Positions 55,625-64,000 of a DNA stretch of 64,000 bases are shown here, in pieces (position 1 is the first letter of the stretch; every line of letters begins with the position of its first letter). Source of the DNA: a virus; the IMG/VR virus record IMGVR_UViG_3300008111_000005, positions 1 through 64,000 of that record. One strand, written 5' to 3'. A model generated the notes under the pieces. It was not told the DNA's origin and ran no database searches. It worked only from the letters and a program-made list of their open reading frames with translations. The position numbers and the translations under genes were made by a program.

Positions 55625-56887
55625 CTATTTAAGAACTTCTAACTTAGGTTTAGTATTTTCTAATTTATAAGTACCCAAAATTTCTTCACCCAAACTAATA
55701 TCTTTTAATGCTTTTCCTGTGTTGGAATCCACGTTACCATTTTCTTCTGCGGTGTTCATATACACATAGGGATTAGCTAAGTTAAAACAACCGTCTTTAT
55801 GTAACTTGAACCAATAGAAATTTTCTTTGGTATTTTCATACGATTTCAGAATAATATTCTGCACGTATGTTGGCAATGCATTAAATTCTTTTGGGGTTAC
55901 ACCATATGTACCACTTTCACCCGTCCATTTTGGAAATACTTCTTCACCTTTTTTAATATCACAGAGAGCAAACGTCCCGATACCATGAATTGGACTTGGC
56001 GCTGTATCGGTTTTGATACAGTCTCGTACATACTCGTATGCTGTCTTTTTCACTTCATTTACATTGACAAACGTATCGGTGTGATTGTGATTATATTGGG
56101 TGTTAGTTACGATAACAGTGTTGGACACCAATTTTTGATCTTTGGGATCAACCAAGTTTAATTTGATAGCGTGTCTGTCCTCACCGATTTCCGTATTATT
56201 TCCTACTTCCATTCCATTAAAATAATGCCGCTGCCAATCCTTGTTATGCTTTCCAGCTTTTTTATCTGCACTGAATTGCATACGTGAATTATTATACGTA
56301 TGAAATTTTTCATACAACTCAGGATTTTCATCCAAATGTTTGATTTCAAAATCAAACGTTTCCGCATAATTGTGTGGAATTGGTTGAATGAAACAGATGG
56401 GGTCACCCTTTTTAAACTTTACAATTTTATTTATTTCTGTAACACGCCAGTTCATTGTAAATGTGTAGTTTAACCAATCTGTTTCAACTACACCCTCCAA
56501 AGGATGTGCCCCATCAATAAAGAAATTCGGTGCACCACGAACCAACATATTAACTTTTTCGTTTGTTTTAACTAAGAAATCAAATTCAAACGTGATAACT
56601 CCGCCAACAAAATGACACTTCACCCACTGATTTGATACGTTATATTCTGGGTCCAACCAAAAGTGCATAGAACGTTTGTCTTGTCCACCAAACCAAACAG
56701 CACTGATGTCACACGGACATTCAATAACCCATCCGTTTTGATTTGCGATAGTCATTGGAAGGCATCGGTACATATGCTTATACTCGTCCATCCACGTTCT
56801 TTTTGGTGATGCAGAACGAACGTTCCACCCAGGGATTAACTTATTTCTTTGATTTCTATAAAACGTAATCTTGTTTGGTCGTTCCAT
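55625..56887 (-). CDS. DUF6065 domain fused to C-terminal SET-like domain
   Basis: YRCLPMTIANQNGW, GVVETDW..YTFTMNW; SPIHGIGTFA..DIKKGE, YMN, ALKDI..GEEI..Y. Confidence 0.7.
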   Translation of the reverse strand: MERPNKITFYRNQRNKLIPGWNVRSASPKRTWMDEYKHMYRCLPMTIANQNGWVIECPCDISAVWFGGQDKRSMHFWLDPEYNVSNQWVKCHFVGGVITFEFDFLVKTNEKVNMLVRGAPNFFIDGAHPLEGVVETDWLNYTFTMNWRVTEINKIVKFKKGDPICFIQPIPHNYAETFDFEIKHLDENPELYEKFHTYNNSRMQFSADKKAGKHNKDWQRHYFNGMEVGNNTEIGEDRHAIKLNLVDPKDQKLVSNTVIVTNTQYNHNHTDTFVNVNEVKKTAYEYVRDCIKTDTAPSPIHGIGTFALCDIKKGEEVFPKWTGESGTYGVTPKEFNALPTYVQNIILKSYENTKENFYWFKLHKDGCFNLANPYVYMNTAEENGNVDSNTGKALKDISLGEEILGTYKLENTKPKLEVLK

Positions 56888-56896
56888 AATAACCTC

Positions 56897-59419
56897 TTAG
56901 AATGAAAAGAATTCATCTGCTTTTTGATTGACATCAGTAGGAAGAAGTCCCCATCCTAATGCACTGTAAAAATCTTCTAGTTTTGTTTTTAATTCGTTCA
57001 CAAACAATGCCTCGTAATCAATATACTGCGAAGCGATATCCGTAATTTCCTTCGGGTCATTGTATCCCTTTACGGCAATGGTTTCTAGATTCCACGGATT
57101 TGTTTTGAGATACACATACTTAATCTTTTCACCGTCTGAAATTTTTTCATACTTGTTTTGTATGTTAAAATGACGCAACATTCGGTTGTATGTAATACAC
57201 GCCTTTACGTGTGCGGGAGTTCCCTTCTTAAACTCACCCAATTGTTTACCAGCACCCTTTTCATATTCTGAGATGTTTTTAACCGATGTGTTTCTAGCAA
57301 CGTTGATATAGTTCTCATTATCCAACGCGACACGAAAATCTAATACTTTTTTATCCATATCACCCTTGGTGATGCCACCTAGTACGTCCTTCAATACCCC
57401 ATTCATAAACGTACGGAATGCCGGCGGAAATGTTGACCGTACTACATCCAATCCCTTAATCTTGATTTTATTATCAACATCTAGGTTAGATTCCAAATCA
57501 TACACCGCGTTCATAGCGTATCGCTTCTTAGCAATCCACACACCCTTACTGGCGACAGACTCACCCTTAATATAGAACCTGTGCTTATCACAGAAAAACA
57601 ATTCCTTCGACATTACGTTATAGTAGTCGTTCAACTTGTTTTCCACCGCACGAGCCAATTTAATAGTAAAGTCCTTTGGTTCTGCGTTTTCTGGTAGTAG
57701 TGCTTTGGATGAAAAGTATAACGAGTCGGTATCAATATAGATACAATAATCCTTATCGTCTTTCAGTCTGTCGTTATACAAATTATTTGCAAACTCTGCA
57801 CTATTCTTAATAACATCTTGTCCCGTTGCTGTAACGGCCAATGCGTTGTCAATGTCAAAGAAACGGAAGATAGGAAGTCCAAGAACACCATACAAGGAAT
57901 TCAAGAAAATCTTCTGAATGTGTTGACGACGATCGTAATAGTCTGCCAACTCTGCGTTACCTTCGTTCTTATACTTCTTCATCAAATTCTTATATTCTAC
58001 TCGTTCTGCGAACCAACGGTCAAGTACTTCTGGAATAATACCCGTCTTGTTAGCATCATACAATACACCATTAGAACTGATGTACATATTTGCCGTGTTC
58101 ATAAACTTAATAAAGTTTTCACGAGGCAAACGAGTAATCGCGTCCGTGTCCTTATCACGTACCAGATAGATATCAATTTCACCCTTACGGTGCTTCTCAA
58201 CGTCCCAATTCGTCACAAACCCGCGTTTAGTCTCTGGACTAATATTGAGACTCATAATGATACTTGGGTATAGTGATTGCAAGTCGAGTGAATAAATCCA
58301 ATCGTACAAACCTGGTACAGGAGGTTTCACGTATGCACCAGAGAATCCTTCATCATTATTCTCTACACGGTCATTCATCAACTGCCGACCATCGGCAGGC
58401 TTGTTGCTTACCACCAATCCCTTGCGGTGTAGATAGGTAATGATTGTTCCTTCGAGGAACTTGGAGCTGTAACAATAATCTTCGTATTGTACATGACCAA
58501 CGTGACAAATACCACGAACCAACTCAATCAACTTCATTTTCTTGTCAATTTCCACGATGATACGTACGTCTTGCACGTTATAATCAATAAACTTATCAAG
58601 GTCATTTTCAAACAGGTCATCAAGTGACCCTTCGTATTCTACCTTACCCATACCAACTTCAATACGACCAATCGTATCCAGACGGTAGTTTTGCTGTTGT
58701 CCGTAGGTGAACTTCTTATAAAGGTCAAGATAATCCAGTGATGTCACACCGGCAATCATCCACTTCTTTCGAAACTTGGAATACTTCAACTTTCCAATAG
58801 GGGACAGTCGGTTTGCAATACCGTTTCCACACTGTTGCTTTAACCGATTGTAAAGATAAGGTACGTCAAAATAATCACTATTCCATCCCGTAATAATAGT
58901 GGGACCGATAGCTTCATATACATCAATGAACTTGTAAAGTAAGTCTAGTTCGTTATCAAAGAAGTACGTGTCAATATCACCCTTCTTATAGTTTTGTCTA
59001 GACCCTGTTTTGTCTAGTACCAATACCGTATATTCCTTCGTGACATTATCATAAAGGGTAACGGCGGTAACTTCATTGTTCGGGTTTTCAATATTCGGAA
59101 TACCATTTTCCATTGACACCTCAATGTCAAAGAAAATAACTTTGTGACCCTTTGATGGTTCGTCACTATCCAAATATAAATCTGTGATTACACGAGTTTC
59201 ACGGGGAATATCACTTTCAAATAAGGTTGGGTCATCCCACTTATACATCTTGGTTTTACTAACACGAACACCTGTCATACTCAACTTAGACCCATTACGG
59301 TCAGCCTTATATGCATAATCAAACTGTGAAAACGGCAACGTGGTATAGCCTTCCTGGTCATCCCAGAGATGTACTATACCACGACCTTCACCATCTTCAA
59401 TAAAAATATTCTGATACAT
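56897..59419 (-). CDS. Family B DNA polymerase
   Basis: ExoI DIE, ExoII GWNSDYFD, ExoIII YNVQD; DLQSLYPS, KIFLNSLYG, YIDTDS, KKRY. Confidence 0.98.
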   Translation of the reverse strand: MYQNIFIEDGEGRGIVHLWDDQEGYTTLPFSQFDYAYKADRNGSKLSMTGVRVSKTKMYKWDDPTLFESDIPRETRVITDLYLDSDEPSKGHKVIFFDIEVSMENGIPNIENPNNEVTAVTLYDNVTKEYTVLVLDKTGSRQNYKKGDIDTYFFDNELDLLYKFIDVYEAIGPTIITGWNSDYFDVPYLYNRLKQQCGNGIANRLSPIGKLKYSKFRKKWMIAGVTSLDYLDLYKKFTYGQQQNYRLDTIGRIEVGMGKVEYEGSLDDLFENDLDKFIDYNVQDVRIIVEIDKKMKLIELVRGICHVGHVQYEDYCYSSKFLEGTIITYLHRKGLVVSNKPADGRQLMNDRVENNDEGFSGAYVKPPVPGLYDWIYSLDLQSLYPSIIMSLNISPETKRGFVTNWDVEKHRKGEIDIYLVRDKDTDAITRLPRENFIKFMNTANMYISSNGVLYDANKTGIIPEVLDRWFAERVEYKNLMKKYKNEGNAELADYYDRRQHIQKIFLNSLYGVLGLPIFRFFDIDNALAVTATGQDVIKNSAEFANNLYNDRLKDDKDYCIYIDTDSLYFSSKALLPENAEPKDFTIKLARAVENKLNDYYNVMSKELFFCDKHRFYIKGESVASKGVWIAKKRYAMNAVYDLESNLDVDNKIKIKGLDVVRSTFPPAFRTFMNGVLKDVLGGITKGDMDKKVLDFRVALDNENYINVARNTSVKNISEYEKGAGKQLGEFKKGTPAHVKACITYNRMLRHFNIQNKYEKISDGEKIKYVYLKTNPWNLETIAVKGYNDPKEITDIASQYIDYEALFVNELKTKLEDFYSALGWGLLPTDVNQKADEFFSF

Positions 59420-59456
59420 TAACGAGTTCTCCTTGATAGTCTCTCTTAATATATCC

Positions 59457-59675
59457 TTAGTCGGCGTCTTTGTCAACTCCGAATTTTATCCATCTATACC
59501 AAACTCTCTCGTGAATATAATATTGTATTGGTTTCCACAATAATTCTGCTATACCAAACGCAGCACCAACTTTTATAGATCCACTAACAACCCATATAGT
59601 AAAAAATCCAATAGTAGTACTAAGAATTCTATAACTTATTGTTTTTGCTATATGTCGTTTTGGGTGAATCATCAT
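59457..59675 (-). CDS. DUF2061 small membrane protein
   Basis: RHIAKTISYR...YYIHERVW. Confidence 0.8.
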   Translation of the reverse strand: MMIHPKRHIAKTISYRILSTTIGFFTIWVVSGSIKVGAAFGIAELLWKPIQYYIHERVWYRWIKFGVDKDAD

Positions 59676-60400
59676 ATCACATCCTTGTATATAGAACAAT
59701 ATTTGTTCCAGTTTTTATTAAATTCATCTATATTTGTTATTTTAGCTACTAAATTATTATCTATCGTTTTTTGAACTACTTTGGAATAATTATCTAATTC
59801 TGGTAAATCTAAATATTTTAACAATTTTTCTGGATCGTTTACATAATCTTCAATATAAAACACATAATCCGTTAATTGTTTTATTCTGTGTAATCTGCAC
59901 AACCACTCAAACCACATAGTAAACATATCTTCGGAAACATATATGCCCGACATCATCTGTCTTTTTTGGTGTATGATATGTGGATCTCCGTGAAATGTTT
60001 TTGTGTACATAGACAAAATAAAACTTAAAAATTGTTGTCGCAAATCTCGTCTTAGTAGGGTTATAGTCTTGTATCTTTGGTTTTTTATAAATTTATTTAT
60101 TATGTTATACGACTTACCAACTTTTAAATTAATTATTGGGAGTGGTGTAGTGTCAATTATCTGCTCATACAGTACATACGGACTGATTTGTTCATATACC
60201 GAATTTTCTCTATGTAATATATTTTCTACACCAGCTTTATATTCAAATATTTCTATACTTTTTTGAAAAATTTCAGGAGTAGTATTTAATAAATTATCAG
60301 CATATTGTTTGTATTCCGGATACTTTATACTCAAACTTTCTAATATCCACGAATGTATTGCAACACTGCTTGCCCTTGGTAAGCTTATAATGCAGAACAT
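59672..60400 (-). CDS. Stf0-like sulfotransferase-fold protein
   Basis: SLPRASS, PEIF, LLRRDLRQQFLS; resembles 45099-45845. Confidence 0.5.
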   Translation of the reverse strand: MFCIISLPRASSVAIHSWILESLSIKYPEYKQYADNLLNTTPEIFQKSIEIFEYKAGVENILHRENSVYEQISPYVLYEQIIDTTPLPIINLKVGKSYNIINKFIKNQRYKTITLLRRDLRQQFLSFILSMYTKTFHGDPHIIHQKRQMMSGIYVSEDMFTMWFEWLCRLHRIKQLTDYVFYIEDYVNDPEKLLKYLDLPELDNYSKVVQKTIDNNLVAKITNIDEFNKNWNKYCSIYKDVI

Positions 60401-60511
60401 TATAATTGCAGTTGTTTAGGAATATTTATTGCGGAAATAATTTCAATTTTATCATCTAATTTAACATGTACCATTATAAAATATCCTTATGTCGCTTTGG
60501 ATGAACCATAA

Positions 60512-61174
60512 TTAATCAGTTAAATAATTTAATGGGTAATTAAATGTAATAAAATCTTCGTGGAACAAATGCTCCGCCAACTCAATAAATTCAGGGTCAG
60601 TAAAGTCTAGGTTATTCAAAGGATCGGTTTCTATCAAGTCCAATGCTTCAAGTTTACTGATGTCATATGTAAAATTATTTGTTATCCAGTTATTAAATTC
60701 AGATATGTTTTCATATTTAAACACAGTGATTTCCGAACTGCTTGCCCAGAACTTTTGTGTTTTAAAGAATGCACCAATAAACCATTCAGATTGCGTATTA
60801 AATATTTCACTTAATGTGTTTCCTTTTGGTTGACAATTTCTATTGAAATTTTCATAGAAAAAAGTAACCATATTGTGAATAGTATCATGTGGAAGCACAA
60901 AAGAAATTCGCGGGTCTGTTGCTTTACGTTCAAACATATAACGTAAAGAAGAAATAAATCTATCAACAGGATTTCTAACTACTGTGAAGTACTTAACAGA
61001 ACTATCATTGACTGTTGATAATATACTGTATGATGAATGACCCAGTGGATAAAATTTATTAGCTTTCAATTCACTTGCAAATGATTCATCAAATAAACTG
61101 TTATATGCTTTCGTACCAGTTCGTGGTATTTTTACATAGCACCACTGGTTACCGTTCGTATCATTTATAATCAT
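60512..61174 (-). CDS. Sulfotransferase family 2 protein
   Basis: KIPRTGT, VVRNPVDRFIS, KYEN, DF..FNY. Confidence 0.8.
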   Translation of the reverse strand: MIINDTNGNQWCYVKIPRTGTKAYNSLFDESFASELKANKFYPLGHSSYSILSTVNDSSVKYFTVVRNPVDRFISSLRYMFERKATDPRISFVLPHDTIHNMVTFFYENFNRNCQPKGNTLSEIFNTQSEWFIGAFFKTQKFWASSSEITVFKYENISEFNNWITNNFTYDISKLEALDLIETDPLNNLDFTDPEFIELAEHLFHEDFITFNYPLNYLTD

Positions 61175-61533
61175 ATTCCGAGTTCCTTACGAATTTGGGT
61201 TGCACTAATTGATTCAATTTCATCATCCAACTTAATTTGTTCGACTTTATAACCAACATCACGACCATAGTATACACCAGAAATATTTGGCAATTGCCAA
61301 ATGGTATACTTACCTGCGTAATCTTGTTCTAAATCTTCGTGGATTCTAGAAATAACATCTTCGATTGGCAATGGGTCTTTTTCGGTTGTTCCGTGAGTAT
61401 CACGAACGCCGATACATACTTGTCCGGCAATAGACAAAATCTTTTCAAATAGAGCACGATGACCTCTGTGCCAGGGTTGATATCTTCCCACCATAAGTCC
61501 AGTGGGTGCTTTGGGGTTAAACTGCATGTTCAC
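61171..61533 (-). CDS. HxGH nucleotidyltransferase domain associated with APS kinase
   Basis: GRYQPWHRGH, YGRDVGY, ISATQIR. Confidence 0.8.
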   Translation of the reverse strand: MNMQFNPKAPTGLMVGRYQPWHRGHRALFEKILSIAGQVCIGVRDTHGTTEKDPLPIEDVISRIHEDLEQDYAGKYTIWQLPNISGVYYGRDVGYKVEQIKLDDEIESISATQIRKELGI

Positions 61534-62179
61534 CTCTGTGTTTTTTCTTTAAGGTTTCACTAATTTTTCTTTTCGTTTCTTCCGATACATGTTTTGTTTT
61601 TCGTTGCCCACTTTTCCATGCATCTTTTTGTTTTTTTCGCATCATTTCTTTATTTTTTGGATTGCTCCAAAATTCTTTAATTTTTTCTGATCGTTTTTGT
61701 ATGGTTTCATCACTCTGTTTTTTTCCAGTTAAACTATCAGATATTTTATTTTTCCAATCTTCGGTTCTTCGTAAATTTGCTTCTTTTATTTTTTCACGAG
61801 TTTCCAGTGAATGTTTGTAATTTTTACTCAATCTACTTTTAGTCACTTTTTCAATATGCTCTTTTGTTTTGTATTTCATAGCATATGTTAGATTACCAGT
61901 TCCAAAACACCCTTCATTCAGCCAATTTGTGTTATGTATTAAATTACATTTCTTTATTAATTTTTGTTCCCACGCAAATGCTTCTTCTGGGGTATCAAAT
62001 AGTTTTCTAACCTCTGCTATAAAACTATCCTTACCATATGATTTTATTAAATCTTTTACTATTTTAGAACTTGAAAAATAAGTAATCCATAAATTTTCTG
62101 GATGTGAGTTTTTACCGTATTTTACACCATAGTATCGTTTTCCAGTGGGTATGTGAGTTAATAAATAAGTATAAGCCAT
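61517..62179 (-). mobile_element. Free-standing GIY-YIG homing endonuclease with NUMOD3-like repeats
   Basis: YTYLL...KRYYG, YFSSS, E, WLN; HSLETREKI / QSDETIQKRS / VSEETKRKIS repeats. Confidence 0.85.
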
Positions 62180-62254
62180 GTGTATCTCCAAAAATACCAT
62201 ATACTTATACTTATCATTAAGCCTCTCAAAAACACCGATTTTTACAAAAAATCA

Positions 62255-62692
62255 TTAACACTGTTGATGCTTTAGAATTAAATTGCATATTCTCTGTGCC
62301 TCTTCCTCTACGGGATTAAATTGTGTAATACGATCGTTATATTCGTTATCAGTAGGTACTTGCCACACTTTGTTAGTATCTTCAAACCGACCCTCTGTAA
62401 TAGTGTCCATCCATACTGCAAAGTGTGGTTCGTAGATAGCACGGAGTTCTGCGGTTGGGGCCACGAAATCAGATACTACATATTGCACCCGACCCTCTTC
62501 CAAAATATTGTCGGACATGGTTCTCATACGAAGTGCTTGTCGTGCTCGTCCGGCAGGACTAAAATCCCAATCTTCAAATGCTTTACGGATGGCGTCTGCG
62601 TTCAGATGACCTGCGTTTGGAAGTAACTTAACCAACTCTTGTGCTAATGTAGTTTTTCCAGAACCAGGTAAACCAAATAGTAAAATTCTCAT
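62255..62692 (-). CDS. cysC: Adenylylsulfate kinase-like protein
   Basis: GLPGSGKTT, NADAIR, DWDFS..GR..QA.RM, DFVAP. Confidence 0.75.
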   Translation of the reverse strand: MRILLFGLPGSGKTTLAQELVKLLPNAGHLNADAIRKAFEDWDFSPAGRARQALRMRTMSDNILEEGRVQYVVSDFVAPTAELRAIYEPHFAVWMDTITEGRFEDTNKVWQVPTDNEYNDRITQFNPVEEEAQRICNLILKHQQC

Positions 62693-63075
62693 GACCCCTC
62701 ATCTAATTTAATATGTTTCTTTATTTTTGATTGAACAATTTTCGGATTATTTCTAATGTCATTTTCCCATAAACATAAAAATTTAAATCCCATCTGCTCA
62801 AATTTTTTCTTTCGTTCATTATCACGTTGCCAAATTTCTTCGGCTGTCTTTTTCTTACCTTTATTAAAATAGGAAGAAGTATATTGCTGCGGGTTACAGT
62901 GCCAAAAGTCACCATAACATTCCACGATATATTTTTTATTTACCAAAAAATCAACGGTGTATCTATCCACCGAAACTTGTTCTTCAAAAGGAAGATTAAG
63001 TCTTGTTAATATTGTAGAAACCGTTTGTTCAATTTTATTACTTGTACACTTAGTTTCTTTTTTCTTACGACTCAT
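62689..63075 (-). CDS. Vsr/DUF559-like endonuclease
   Basis: VDF, VECYGDFWH, RD..R, G.....WE.DI. Confidence 0.8.
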   Translation of the reverse strand: MSRKKKETKCTSNKIEQTVSTILTRLNLPFEEQVSVDRYTVDFLVNKKYIVECYGDFWHCNPQQYTSSYFNKGKKKTAEEIWQRDNERKKKFEQMGFKFLCLWENDIRNNPKIVQSKIKKHIKLDEGS

Positions 63076-63644
63076 AAGTTATATTGTGTATTGAAACTCA
63101 ACGTAATTCTCATATTGGTTTTATTTGGTGGAACGTAATGTTGAACCCAACTTGGAAATAATACTAACTGTCCTGTTTTCGACTCCACGTTTTCTATATT
63201 AGATGTATACATACCAGGTGCATCTTTTCTTGTATGCTGTACGTCCAACATTCTAAATCCTTCCGTTGCACTTACAAATGTAATTGGTGCGCTTCCTTCG
63301 TCCACATAAGGATAATATGCTCCACTAATTACACTATCATAATGTCTATGAACACCAACAGAACCATTCATACTTAGAATATTCATCCAGCTTTCATAAA
63401 TATAACTGGTGTGAATTCCAATTCTATTTGAGTACTCGTCAATACACTCTTGGAATTTATTGTATAATGGTTTTAGTGCGGGTATCTTACTTGGGTCTGC
63501 GTCACCACGAATTCCATCTACTAAACTATTCGTTGTGTATCCAATATTTTGTAATGCGTGGTTTACATCATCGGTGACGAAATCCGATAAATTAAAAATT
63601 GCTACTGGTGTGGAAAATAACCATAGAGTATTTATTTCTGTCAT
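63072..63644 (-). CDS. Putative 2OG-Fe(II) oxygenase
   Basis: SWMN, HRH..S.ISGAYY, LFPSWVQHYV, RITLSFN. Confidence 0.85.
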   Translation of the reverse strand: MTEINTLWLFSTPVAIFNLSDFVTDDVNHALQNIGYTTNSLVDGIRGDADPSKIPALKPLYNKFQECIDEYSNRIGIHTSYIYESWMNILSMNGSVGVHRHYDSVISGAYYPYVDEGSAPITFVSATEGFRMLDVQHTRKDAPGMYTSNIENVESKTGQLVLFPSWVQHYVPPNKTNMRITLSFNTQYNL

Positions 63645-63653
63645 ATAGATTTC

Positions 63654-64000
63654 TTATGCGGAAAAACTACTTCCACATCCACATTTAGCAGTAGCGTTTG
63701 GATTTTTAAAGGTAAACCCAGATCCCATCATGTCTATGACATAATGAACCAATGTACCATTTAAGTAAGAGCTGGAAAAGGGGTCTATGACAATCTTCAA
63801 TCCATTTTCCTGCTCTACAACAACATCATCCTCTTCTGGATTATCAATGATATTGAAGTTATACTTAAATCCCGAACAACCACCAGGTAATACCGAAATA
63901 CGGAAATATTCACTATTTTCCGCTTCGGAAAACTTTTTCATTTCACCCAATGCCGCGTTGGTGAAGGTAATACTAAAATCAGCCGCCTGTTGAACCGAAT
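63654..64000 (-). CDS. HesB/IscA A-type Fe-S carrier (5' truncated)
   Basis: GGCSGFKY, NPNA..CGCGSSF; frame open to the window edge. Confidence 0.9.
   Translation of the reverse strand, partial: SVQQAADFSITFTNAALGEMKKFSEAENSEYFRISVLPGGCSGFKYNFNIIDNPEEDDVVVEQENGLKIVIDPFSSSYLNGTLVHYVIDMMGSGFTFKNPNATAKCGCGSSFSA

Noticed and set aside
61517-62255. Group I intron around the GIY-YIG ORF
   Set aside because: Flanking non-coding sequence is too short, no P/Q/R/S elements were recognised, and cysC has its own stop
1-64000. Stop-codon reassignment
   Set aside because: Core genes (polymerase, ligase, clamp loader, thyX) are full length and densely packed in the standard code

Overview
This window looks like part of a large (jumbo-type) tailed dsDNA phage genome in the standard genetic code. 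Replication and nucleotide genes are T4-like: family B DNA polymerase, sliding clamp, two clamp-loader subunits, ATP-dependent ligase, ThyX, dCMP deaminase, ClpP and a MoxR-AAA/VWA pair. Positions 1-4.4 kb are a GC-richer early-type region of small genes with sigma70-like promoters. It carries three perfect DnaA boxes, and 12 copies of TGATAAAAC span 1.3-5.1 kb, half in a ~0.8 kb non-coding origin/terminus-like block. From 4 kb on, essentially all genes are on the minus strand. A ~19 kb glycan cluster (19.9-38.1 kb) has at its core a tightly coupled operon of RuBisCO-like protein, cupin, two nucleotidyltransferases, an atypical transaldolase, a HAD phosphatase, a kinase and a stand-alone RibB. 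This is the best candidate for an undescribed pathway (a new NDP-sugar skeleton). A second candidate is a dispersed RiPP-like modification set: a collagen-containing protein with 13 His-x-Asp repeats, two HExxH hydroxylase-like paralogues and a DUF483-like Cys protein. Also seen: a non-canonical tRNA-like RNA, a sulfation module split by a GIY-YIG homing endonuclease, two Mom-like genes plus a DruA-like gene, and a putative late-promoter motif ACTATTTATA. All calls are by-eye motif recognition; no database searches were run.
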